Source: Halocafeteria seosinensis
Taxonomy: Eukaryota
Length of the DNA: 39,539 bases
NCBI GenBank assembly: GCA_001687465.1
Contig: LVLI01000654.1
Span: forward strand, 1-39,539
Reading direction: 5' to 3'
The notes under the pieces are model-generated. The model saw only the letters and a program-made list of their open reading frames with translations. It made no database searches and was not told the origin of the DNA. Position 1 is the stretch's first letter, and each line of letters starts with the position of its first letter. Positions 9,679-22,100 of this stretch are shown one piece after another. Made by a program: the position numbers and the translations under genes.

Positions 9679-11311
9679 TCAGCAGCTTTGCGAGGGGCGC
9701 TCTTTGACGCGGCGAACTCCTGCCTTCTCCACCCCAAACTTACACGTTGCATTAGCCCGACTAGACGATTTCACCAACGACGCGTTCCTCTCACCTTCTG
9801 CCCAATACAAAAGCAATCGATTAGAGCACATATGCGACCATGTTTCCCCTAATGCCGGTACGAGGCAGGCAGACTTATCATCTGTCCGGAAGCGAGTTGT
9901 CATGTGGTTGGTTATGACAACAGCAAGACTGTACTTTGACGCTAATTTATGTAACTGTTGGGATAAACTAATCAGCTGTTTCGTCCGTCCAGCATAATCA
10001 CCCCCGTGACGGTAATGAAACGCCAGTGAGTCAATAATGATGAGTTTCACCGGATGCTGAGGGGAGTCCTCGGAGACTTGCTCAATTTGCTTCTCCAGAG
10101 AATTGATGGCCGCCACTTGTTCAAACACATCACAACACCGAATTACTTGAAGCCTAGACAATAGTTCTTCTAATTTGGGTACCGACGGCACAGCGTCGGT
10201 TCCCACCTTCCTGATTTGCTTCTGCAGCCGGTGATATCCAACGTAAATGTCAGCGCTAATAACATCGGCATCTCTTTGTCACCGTACCTGTTTCATTATT
10301 TCAAGATGATCCCGTAGACCGGAGGCGATTTCAGCTTCCCGTTCAATCATGAACGATCCTTCGGTATCTATGTAGATGACACTCCCATCGACACCTGTAA
10401 AGCGTTTCGGGATCCAGCAGTCTGCAGCTAGTTGCATACACATTTGTGTTTTCCCTACACCAGGAACTCCACATATCTCAGTCACTTCCCCTAAGGGTAT
10501 TCCACCACCTAGTATAGCATCAAGGGGTTTACAAAATGTAATTATAGTTCCCGCCTCACTCTGCGGATGATGAATTCACATACACACACGCACATTGTGA
10601 CATATACACGCACCAGCATGGGAACCATTGACGTACTAGAATATCCAACGCCGTCGCCGGCTGTTCACTCGATCCATAACTCTGCTGCTGTCGTCTCACA
10701 CAGTCTTCTTCGGTTCTGCTTCGCTTCGCCCCTACACCTGACGCAGAAGTACAAGTACCGGTAGTGGAATCCGGTTCGCTTCGCTCTTGTTGTCGGGCGC
10801 CTTCTCCCAGCACTTGTTGAATATCTTTGACAATCGTTTTGGCTGCCTTGGCATCGACTTTAAGCTCTGTAATGAGCCATTCATTTATCAAACACGAAAT
10901 TCAAATTGTCTTCCGATTCCTCGCCTTGATTTTACCCACCTTTCAGAAGCTGAGATGTGCTCAAATCTGCAGACAAGATAAAAACAAAAGAGAAGAAGGC
11001 CGTCATGCCATTGGAATGGACAAAATGTCCTTGTATACTGCGTACAAGGATACGCACCTTGAACTTCAGCAATCTTTTGGAATCCAGATCGTAATAATGC
11101 CTCTGTCATGCATAGATACGACGAATAAAACACATCCATAATGAAGAATTAGATTCTCCCCGATATCATATGAGCTATCGTAGAAGCACGACAGAGATCG
11201 ATAAAGTGGTGTATGGAAGGTGTACTTACCCTTGGTGGTCTGGCTCAAGGAGGAGCTCGAGATGAGTGCTCCTTTATACCCTGTATATTCACCACTATTG
11301 TCACCACTCAT
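9679..11311 (-). CDS. RAD51C: DNA repair protein RAD51 homolog C, ~399 aa, 6 exons
   Basis: Introns 11103-11229, 10967-11057, 10867-10939, 10561-10636 and 10222-10287 give a 1200-nt CDS. IITFCKPLDAILGGGIPLGEVTEICGVPGVGKTQ (Walker A), YIDTEGSF, LIIIDSLAFHYRH (Walker B), LVPALGETWSH. Confidence 0.93.
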
Positions 11312-11378
11312 ATTTTCGACGTCTTTTAATACCTATTGGTGTGTCTACATGATGCACCTGACAATCAGAATATGAAAA

Positions 11379-12981
11379 ATGAAAGTAATACAGCAGAATT
11401 CGGATGAATTAAGGCTGCAACATTGGAAGCGTAATGCGCGTTTATGGGCTTTTCTGTGCTCTATGAGCATAATTTTGCTGTGTATTATTGAATACATATA
11501 CCCCAGAGTCTCGTTATCATGCGTGCAACACCCGAACCAAAATGCAGGCCGTGGGAAACGAGTATTGACCTCGGGAACTGGATTATGGAAGGCCCGAACG
11601 AGCTTGCGGAGGCATTTAGAGGAGGATACAGAGCGTAAGCAAGGGAATACAGAAGATCCGGAAAGTTCAACCAAGCCCTCAGAGGATGTGGATTGCGTAA
11701 TGGATCGGTGGGTGTGGTCATTGAACCCATTTGTGGACTCTTACATGATTAAACATGAACAGGAAAATTTCGAATTAGTTAGTGTGGAATTGATCAAAGA
11801 GACCAAAGCGTCGAAAAAGTCCATTTATGACACGTCGACGAGTTCAACGACGACCACTAGCACAACGGTCGCTTCGTCCGAAGATGATAATCCCCAACCA
11901 GCAGAGTCAACCAAGCACAATAGCGCCGGGAAGAATGGTGAAGACAGAACGCAGTATAGTGTCTTTCTAAAGTCCCAAACACCGGAACGAAAGCATCGTC
12001 TAGGAACATACGCCTCTTTGGAATGGGCCAAGAATATATATCAACGCATTGAGAAATTCTTGGAAGAAACAAAAGGCGTAAATGATTCCTCATTACGACT
12101 TGACTTGGATCAGGGTAAGAGCCCGACGACGAAGACAATACTCATAGTCCAGCGTGTGCATCATGTTTGCGACTGTTGTGTTCACAGATAACCGTCTATG
12201 GGTCTTTATCGCCCTGTTAATCAGTTGTTGTACTTTAGTTTACTTGCTGTGGCGACCGTCATTCGAAGAGCTAATGTTTGACCGCAAGCACTCCACGGTG
12301 GTTTTAAGCCAGAGAAATATTGTAGGATACGTCCGACAGGCACGAACATCGACGTTAGAGTATATAAGCAAGGCGCGAGCAAAGCGTATCCATGTCTATG
12401 CCGTTGGGAGACGCTTTGATTTCCGACTGAAAGAGCATTCTGAATACGCGGTAGAGATAGTGGCCGCAGATGATTATGGCCAAGAAGAGGTGATAAGGCT
12501 GGGGTTAGGAGACTTACTGCATGATGCACGCGAAGCGAAAGAAATTGCTTCTACCGTCAATAAGTGGATGATGATGCATGCTCCTTTGAATCACCGGAAC
12601 GCATTATACAGGCCTGTTCGTGTGGAGCGTACATTCAGCGGAGACGCGGAAGCAAAAGAAATAGATGACTTCAGTTTGGCGCAAGTAGTGGGAGACATGC
12701 TTTCGGAAGGGGGTGACGAGGAACCCGAGAATGTGTCTGAGACTGACTCATTGCTAGCATCCCCCTCCAGTGGTCAAGGAGACACGCATTTGAATGGTTC
12801 CTTCTCCGAACACACTTGCGTCATTTGTCGCAGGAACCAACGTTCCACGGTGCTGCTTCCTTGTCGACACCTGTGTCTCTGCGCAAAGTGTGCGAGAACT
12901 GCGTCGGATGGTTCGCGATTGAAACATTGCCCCATGTGCAGGAATCCGATAACACTTGTACTCCCGGTGTTTTCTTCTTGA
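11379..12981 (+). CDS. Transmembrane protein with C-terminal C3HC4 RING finger (putative E3 ligase), ~509 aa
   Basis: Intron 12115-12187 joins two ORFs. Two hydrophobic helices. RING CVICRRNQRSTVLLPCRHLCLCAKC...CPMCR. Confidence 0.88.
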
Positions 12982-14669
12982 CAAGTTGTGCGTCATGGAA
13001 ATTTCTTTACATAACTTAGGGAAGAGCTCTCTTATGGAGTTTGAACCATACTCTTGTGGGAACGGAATGCGTGGTTGAGGCTCTATGGATTACGGACCAT
13101 TCTCAATTATGAATGGGGGAATAAACACCGTTGGTAACAACCGTTGGATTCGAGGAAGCCCAACATTTACCGCTGTACTAATGCGCTTAATCTACTCACC
13201 CATTTGTGATGAGTCGTAATGGACTTCAGAATGCGCAACGATGCGCCACAACGTGAAGGGTTCACCCCACACACGGCCTCGCGTAGCCTGTAGACTACGC
13301 ATCTTCCGGGAGGAGCAATACTAATACACACATGCTCAACTAGTATGGAAGGAAGACTAAGCACAATTGACAATTAATAGCATGGCAACGTCCGAAATAT
13401 ATCACTGCTCTGGTCTTGCGTACCTTGTGTAGACTAGATTTCTTCCGATAGGGGCAATGTTACGCACACCCTTCCTTCATATTATTGGGTAGTTGTCATA
13501 CAGAGAGCTTTCGCTGGAATGGAAGTCGGACGACTTCCCAAGATGAAGATACTTCGGTACTTCGTGGTCATGGTTCCTGTACTTGCATGCTAAAACACTT
13601 GAAAAGCGAACATATTACGATGCGTAACAGGTTTTCCAATGTCGTAGCCAAAACCTCAATCTAGTGTGTCTTAAATTGGCAGTCGTCCATGAAAGTGACT
13701 GGCACAGCATACTCTGGTTGTTCCGCTAGTAGTCAAGCGTGAGCAGGAACATTCTTGCGTTACCTAGCCCGGTGGGACCGTGCATTTTTGTATACGAGTT
13801 TAATCGACGCTTCAGGTCTCTAAGTAGATGAAAAGCTGTACGCTTAAACAATAAGCGTCAGTTTTTCGTTTGAGGTATGAGAGGTCGTGTAGGACACGGA
13901 ATATTCGAGTGGCCTTCTTGTGCCACTCGCCAACGTAGAACGAGAAAGATCGGGGAACATGCCTGAATTGTGCACTGCGGAGGATCTGAAAGTGCAAATA
14001 TAAAAGCGAAGAACTATTGTTTAGGGAGCAAACCTTGAATGAGGACATTCCACCGGCACTACCACTCCGTGAGCAAAGGTCTCGCAAACGGCCAAACGAG
14101 CACAGTCGATGTCGACGTGAGAGTATGTATTAGTAGTGCTTCTACCTGAGGAAACCTAGACTACGTGCTACGCTAGGCCTTGTGGGGAGTGAGTCCTACT
14201 CACAACCGCTCCAGCATCTTCACGTTGTGGCGCATCAACGCGATAACACAGCTTAAGACGGTCAGCATCTTGGGGGATAATGCCCAAAATCACCGTTTTG
14301 TCAATCTGCGACCGTTTTCTTTCAGATAATAGAAGCATTATTACATGTGCTTAACAATATTCGGGATTTTGTGTTCGTGGGCACTATTATGCTCGTAACA
14401 CAATTGCTTGCAGTTGATGAACATGACACTCTTCTTGTTCTGAATGGTGACACGGGACTTCTGCTGGGGGTGGGGGGTGGACGGGTCCAAGCGTATCCAT
14501 CCGTCGAAGGCCGGACACGTCCTCGGCCGTGTCGTTGACCGACCGATTCGATGCGTGTTCCTAGCAGATGGATTGATACTCCATCCCCGAGAAAGGCGAG
14601 GCGAGGCGGGGCGAAAACATTGTGTGCGTTACTCTCCGAAACCTACATCGTACCTAACCTGTTACAACA

Positions 14670-16039
14670 ATGTGTGGCATAGAATCCATTGGTCAACTCC
14701 TACCGGTCGTGGACCAGGTGAGAGGGTGGATCGATTTCGAAAAAGCGAAAAAGAAGCAGAAATATGCGCGTTCGATAAAACTTCTTGCCGCAAGGATGGT
14801 GATAGTTGTGACCATATTCTCGTTAAGTATCGTTATCGTGGCGAGACTGCTCAAGTCCGATGCTTGTGGCTATTCCTACCCCTACGTAAAGGTTCAACCG
14901 GATGAGGATACTCCTGCTATCACGTTCGGAGCATGGTTTACGAACATCGACCAAACATGGAGCTGGTCCTCTCAGACACCAACCCTCGTTTGCTGGAATT
15001 TCGATATGATCAGCAAGCGCACCTGTTCTCTATGGGGGTACAAGTACAATAGTGCCATCGCGGACGACGGAGACCTCAGCAGTCTCAAAACCCTAAGATT
15101 CATGTTCCTGAATCTTATGCCAACGGGTGATTCAGTGCAACATGTAGCTTCGTTTAACCAAAGCACTTCTTCAGCGTGCACTGCCCGCCCGAACATCACC
15201 GATACCGACGCAGGCCCTTTACGCGACAGTTGCGGGTTGTACGGTTGGCAACTAACTGAGAAGCCGGGGTATTTTTGGGGACTATGTGTGGCCATGGCAG
15301 TTTGCGGATTGTTCGTATTGATTTTCGAACTTGGTGTCTGGACTCTGGCGAGTGATACAGAAGAGAAGACCTACAAAACCAAAGGACAGCGGTTTCCAGC
15401 GCTAGTCGTTAAGGCCCTCAGGCTGTTGTATTATACTGTCGCCCTTGCTTTCGCCGATTCAGTACGGAGAGTGAATCTTGATGGCTGTCAGGAAATCTAT
15501 GCGAGCTTTTATAGGTTGCAATGGTACGTCGCTGCTCCTGAATGTTTCTTTACATTACTTTGTACTCTTGCGTATGGCATAAGGTAAACTCTCGCAGGAT
15601 ATTGGATCTCCCAGTTCCTGCTATATGTATGGCATGTCTAGTGGTGATTATGCTGACAGTGTGGCTCGAATGGAAGTGCGAGGGGCGGTCGCAAGGGAAA
15701 GGTGTGCTAGTAGCTGTTTCCATCGCTTTAGGTATTGCCATGGCTCTGGCATGGATCTATACATTCATACTCATGAGTTACAACTACGTCAACATGCTGT
15801 ATATGCATTTTACAGACGTCGCACTTCCATTTTTCACAGTGAACTTTCGTCATTGGTCAGTGGATTGGTCTGTTGGCATTTCATTCCGCGCGCTTTCGCT
15901 ATTTTTAACCTCCTGGGACTTGACATCAATTTTCGTCCAACTTTTGGAGTATGCATTATCCTGGCGCTACAATGCTCTGGTGGCTGAATCCTCCCTTGAC
16001 CCCCAAGGAGAGGAAACATTAAACCCACTTTACAAATGA
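14670..16039 (+). CDS. Uncharacterised multipass membrane protein, ~431 aa
   Basis: Intron 15524-15597 joins the 305-aa and 165-aa ORFs in frame. About six hydrophobic segments and a Cys/Trp-rich loop. Confidence 0.7.
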
Positions 16040-16117
16040 TTGCTGGTAGTTAGCTGAATCTGATACGTGTTTTATCCTTGAGAGCATGTTCTGGTGTTTT
16101 GATTCAAACGGGACCCT

Positions 16118-19100
16118 TTACAAGTGCGGAAGCCAACCGTGGAACATTTTCGCCAGATTCCTCCTATCGGTTGCTGAAGTGATTAGTGACTGAACCTGTC
16201 TCTCAACTGATAGCTCTTCTATGTTTCCGAGAGTTCCTGAATTATCCAATCCTTTGCCTTTGAGTTTTTGTTCGATTCTACGAAGGGCGTGCAGGGCGGC
16301 TACGTTCTCCTGCTCGATTTGTGAAAGCTCTGTTTCCCGCATTGAGGCAAGCCGCTCTTCAGCCTCTTCGACCGAGAATTGTTGAACATCGGTGAGAGAG
16401 CTGTTTTGCGAGGAAGGACTAGAACCAAGCTCCGTTTGATTCAAAGAAACATCAAAATCTGGGGTTATTGAATCTCGCTGTGCTTGCTGAACTTTCTTCG
16501 ACGTGATTTTCCACTTTGTGATTGGATCATATACCAGAACTTCAGCTAGGGTTAAAATGTGCTTTTTATGGTATCGCAGCTGTCTCAGGGTGCTTTCACA
16601 GCTGCGACGAAACGGGCCCTCCAGACCGAACTTCCCCATACCATCTACGATGTCCCGAGTTAAGCGGAATGGCACGACTTCCGGAGAACACAGCTGCTTA
16701 CCTTGTTCGAAGACAATGCCAAAATCAATGTGTACGACTTCACCAGAGTTACTGTCAAGAAGTATGTTGCTTGTATGTCTGTCCCCAATTCCCGCAATGT
16801 GTCCCACCATGCTTGCCACCGCGGCCGTATGTGTATAGTTTTGACGCGCCCAGAGCCACGTGCACGCACTAGCAAATTTCTCGTGGAACCAGTAGCGCAA
16901 CACAGGATGGATATTTTCGACTACTTCATCATATACCTGCATGAATACAAGAAAAATAAAATCGTCTCCTATTAAAACGCTTAGTTACAACACCTACCTC
17001 TTGTCGTCGATCTCCCTTTCCGCTGCGCCACTCGTCCCCTGCAGCTTTGAGTAGTTTTATTGTGCGCTCCACAGTCCAATCTTTAGGGTGATATCGAGCA
17101 TGCCCATTTGTTGTTTTTCCATTACACAACCAGTGAGACAGTGGTTCTGTGTCCTGTACCCATTCTAGCAGCCCACTTTTCCCCGAAAAAGGATAAACTC
17201 CGTAGGTTCTTATCCTCAGACTCCGCTTAGCGCAGTCGAGGCTTTGAGACAGCAAGACATTGACTGAGCTAAACAGCTGCTGAATAACTGCATCCGTTCG
17301 AGTATCGTCGTATTTCAGCAGTTGCTTATACTTTCTGCCGTCGGATCCAAAGCACTTCAGTATTTTTGGTGCAGTGATTCCAGAGGTGCTGACCATGTAG
17401 CTTCCCGCATATTTCGCCACAGTGGGAAACGGAAGATGGATCTGCGATTCTTTCTCAACCAGACTGGACTTAGTGTAGTGGGAGACTAGAAGAGAAGATC
17501 TGGTATGCAAATTTGCTGAGTATTCACACGTAAAGTCCAGGTCGATATTCAAAGCTTCTTTTAAATTTTGAATCCCATCCGAATTATTTCGTGCAGTAAG
17601 AACTGGCGTGAGTTCCATCATCTCTTTCTGTTTGGTAGCATCAAAGAAATCTAACCATGTCGTAGACTGGTCTTTGTGACTCACTGCTGTGCTGGAAAGG
17701 GAAATTCTTTGACCAGCTTCTTCCTTCGGGAGCTTATACTCCGCCAACTCCTCGTGCGCCCGAGATTGGATCTTCAGGGCCTTTACAATCCGATTATGAG
17801 TCGTTGACAATTGGGAGATACATCTCAGGAGCCGGCATAGGAGAGCATTGTTTTCTTGATCCGCTAGCATTGCCAGAACATTTGGCAAGACCTTGTAAGG
17901 GTACTGCTCCGCTACATACACCAATACTTCCAACAAGAGAGTCTTGATCGACGAAAGATTTTCTCCACCATCCAATGAAGCGAACCTTGCAGCCATTTGA
18001 TACGCAAGTGGTATCCAATAAGCCCGCGGTATTTCTCTTAGATGCTTTCGCACCAGTTGCAAGACTGCATCATTTTTCTTGTTGTGGAAACATAAACTGA
18101 CAATACGATACATAATCGTTAATACGAGAAACAGCCTGTCAGTCCCAAGCCTCCGCGTTGAGCATAGATTTGCACCCACGAATTTAATAGCAGCAATGTA
18201 GTGCTGGAATGCCTTCATTAATCCGCTTTCTCTAGTGGCGGCTTGAGTCTTAACAACTTCTTCATCCATGTCCACCATAGACTTTAGGGTTTTGAACTGA
18301 TTCAAGAACTCGAATAGACCCTTACCAGTAACCCGCTTGATAGCTTCCTCATCGTTGCATTTCTCCTTCTTCCGCAAGCGCACTGCCTTCTGACGTATGC
18401 CTTGTACTTCTCTATACAACGCCCTTCTGGCGTCTCGATGTTTGGCTTCGACAGCGCCCTCCGCCCCGGTGATGTGTTCTTCAAGCTGAGTGCAAAATCC
18501 ATCCAAGAATTGAGCTAGACGTACGTGAGAGTGTAAAGACACACGTGCTATTCCAGAGGCGTCTGCCAGGGAGCAGCAGCACTCAAATATAGAGTAGGGT
18601 TGCATTACACTTATTGCTTGGCCTTGCGGGAACTCCAAGGAAGTCAATAGAGACTGAATCTGGTCTTTAATATCGGAAACAGCTTTTCCCGTACGATCTT
18701 CTATCACTGGCATGCTTACTTCACCGTAGAAATCTCCAGGAGAAGCTCCGTTATCCAAAAGCATATCGCCAAGCTGCATTCCAGACATGGACACCGTCGC
18801 GGCTGCAACTTGGAAAGGAAAATAGGAAGGTTTCGTTAGTTTGCTATGTGGTAAGATCTCTTCAGCGATCGATACCATTTCCCTGGACTTGTTAGCGATA
18901 GTTTTCGCCAGCCTCTCGAGGGCGGAATTCCCCTTTTCAACAGTCGACGCTGAAAGCTCTCTGAGACACAGAGTCAAGGAGCTGCAAGCGATGGAGATGC
19001 TAGATAATGCAACATCACCTGACGCGAAAGTGTTACTTGAGCTATTAAATGGAATGAGCCTTTGAAGAGTCGCATAGGTCGCGAATTGTTCTCCCCGGGT

Positions 19101-22100
19101 TAAACTCATGGCGTGCAATGCGTCATAAAGCCTACAGGGTGGAGCGAATGCTTCACTATTCGACGACGCACCTGGGGCTTTATTACATTGACGAAGGACA
19201 CGCCAGTTCGCGTCTACCGTTACAAGATCCTGTATCGCCTTACAGTACACAAGAGAGCCATTAGCGTCACTAGATTGCCTAACCAAATTTACCACGTGGT
19301 CTTGAGCTGGTTCAACGATACACTGAAGTAACTTGGAATAATCTCCGTTCGTTACCGTTGTGTGCAAGAAGTCTCGCATTTCCTTAATAAGATACTTGTT
19401 ACTTCTTGACGTGCCCCTCTTGGTGAGAAACCGATGCTCGGATTCCGCCCAACTAGACAAATCTTCCGTTCTACGAACACCATCCAAGATCTTGGCAACA
19501 TCCTCTCCGTAATGAAGGTTTTGGAACATATCCCATTCCTCCTCCGCCAGTGCAACGTTTTTGATAAAGTTGTTCGCCTCATCATTGGTAGTGGTAGCAC
19601 CATGCACAAAATCTGGGTCGATACGTAGAACATCGGCAAACGACTTCGTTTGGTTTGAGCAGCCTGATATATTACATGCTGCAGAGGTCTCAGCTGTTTT
19701 CACATCCGTGGAGTTCATGGACGTGGGGATGGCGTCAGCTATTTTTAGCACTAGCGAAGGGAAGTACGTAGAGGCATCATTGTTTTCCACGAATGATGAG
19801 CCCAGCTTCCGCGCAATTTCATCACAATACTTCTTCAGTCGGGTTGAGTCCGATACATACGTCTCTACTTGACAGACTTCCGAAAGTAAACGTAGACTCC
19901 CTGGAGTCCATGCGCTTCCCGCAAATGATAACCGAATGGTTCTCTTCAGGAAGTTAACGTGCTCACGGTAAGTGGAGGAGCGACTTCTCTTCTTTTTCCG
20001 GACGGGACATAAAACCGAACGAGAAGACTTGCCAGATGTCGCTTCCTCCGAAACTGAGGCCTCAATACCAAAGTAGCTCCAAGACAGAAAATTCAGTACT
20101 TCGGAGCAGACGGCTAACCACCACTCATCACCACGGGATGTTAACATTGAAAGTCCTGAGATCAGTGCATCGACGCTGGTTTCACTAGGATGATAAAATT
20201 GTGAGCATTCTACAGAAAATATTTCCACCAACGTCTTCGCATTCTCGTCCGATAGTTTGTACGTTCCACTCGGATAGGCAACGTTTTCAGGAAGAGCAGT
20301 AGACGCTACACCGCAAAGGCGTACCACTACACTTAAGAGCATCCAACTAACAACTGCAACCTGATCTCGTTCGGGGAAACCTGGGAATATCTCAACCCAC
20401 CACCTTATTTGATATGCGTCAGACATGCAACATTGTGCCAGTACTGCGAACAACGCGTACTTGCCATAATATGGGCAGTGCGACAGTTTCTCCCAGAATT
20501 CCTCAGTTGTAAGAGCAGCAAGGAAAACCGAATCCACATTCCAGTCTATATATGGAGTGTCTACCTTGCTGCTATTTAACTGAACTAATTGCTCCTCAAC
20601 CATTGTCACTGTATCAGTGGGAACAAGCAGCCCTGAAGATGTCGAGTTTCCTCGAAACGTGAAAGAGCGTAAAGTAGGTCTACACTGAGTTATTGCTTCG
20701 ATGAACTCTTTGGAACATCCTGACACACTGACATCTCCTGATTCGTAACTGCCATGCAATACATTCGAAAAATGGAGTGTATCCAAGTTGTTCAAGGAGA
20801 GAGCAACCGCAGCATCACGGGGAGTTGCCGAATGCTCAGCAGCAAGTATTCTGAGAGTACACATATCAGAAATCTCTGAGCAAGTCCACACCAAAGAAGT
20901 CCATCTTGCTGATCGTAACCTACTCAAGACTTGCCACAGTAAGGGATGACAACTTCGAACTTGAGAAACGGGAAACGGCAACGACCTACTAAGAAACTTA
21001 CTTATATCTTGGTGAATGGACGAGCTATAGGAAGAAATTTGTGCTTTCCTACTCACTTCGAAAAAATATCCATCAGCTACAAGATTATATTGAGTCTTCA
21101 TCGCCGCCACCGTTTCTAAGACCTCCGAGAGAAATGGATCGTGGATGTAGCCGCAGTTGCAAATATATTGCAACACCTCAATAGTAGAATCGTACTCTTC
21201 TGATGTATAGATATCACGCACTGTCGTTATATCACTGTGTTTCTTCCAGCATCGGATAGTACTCCTCAAGCCTCGTGCTAGAAATGACACGACTGTTTGT
21301 CCCGGTAACAGGAATCGGTCTTCTACGCACTCCGGGATCCAGCCGAACACAAAGCGTTGAATCAAATCACATATACTCAAAATGTTTCCCTTCTGCCCGT
21401 CAATATCCTTCGAGGATACAGTGTTTTCGAAAATTTGCTGCAAAAGTAGGGCTTCCGCAGTCTGGATCCTTTGCCTGTCTTCCCACTGCAACTCCAGGCA
21501 ATAACGAAACGTCTTCATTATCGTTCCGAAGAACTGGGTAAACTGCTGATAGACAAGGTAGCTTGACTGAGTAGCTCGCAGCGACCCAGCATCAAGGATA
21601 AGAAGGGCATGAAAACTCCGTAGAAGTCTAGCGCATGGCTCAAGAACTGTGTGAGAAATCCCATGTAATCTCGCCTCTGAAACATCCTTCCCTGAGTTCG
21701 AGTTTGCTACGTTCCTATTTGCGTCAGCAAAGCCGGTGTACACCTCGTCTTTCAGGTACCACTTACCCTGCTGATATACACTGGGATGCAAAAAGCACCC
21801 TAAAGCCAAGGAGCACCCCTGCGCTAGAATGAACGAGGTTTCGAGGCTTTTCTGGCTATCCAGTTTGGAAGCACCTAGGTGTTCGATACTACTCCCCAAG
21901 AATTCGACAAGAAATTCTGCATGCTCGGCTTCTCCAGCGACTAAACAATTCAGTAGGAAACGGACAACACTTTGAAGTACATCGGGAGATAGAAGCAGGC
22001 CTATTGACTTCATTATACTGTTAAGCGGCTTTAACACTCGAAAGACCCGATCCAGTTGTTTAAAGCTCCCCCGCCGATCCAGATATGTAAAAATGTGTGA

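Noticed and set aside
11221..11231. ACTTACC resembling the U1 snRNA 5' end
   Set aside because: It is the reverse complement of the RAD51C intron 1 donor (GTAAGT).
12982..14669. Long spacer with a box C-like GTGATGA at ~13206 and small ORFs
   Set aside because: No suitably placed box D or terminal stem, and the ORFs are featureless.
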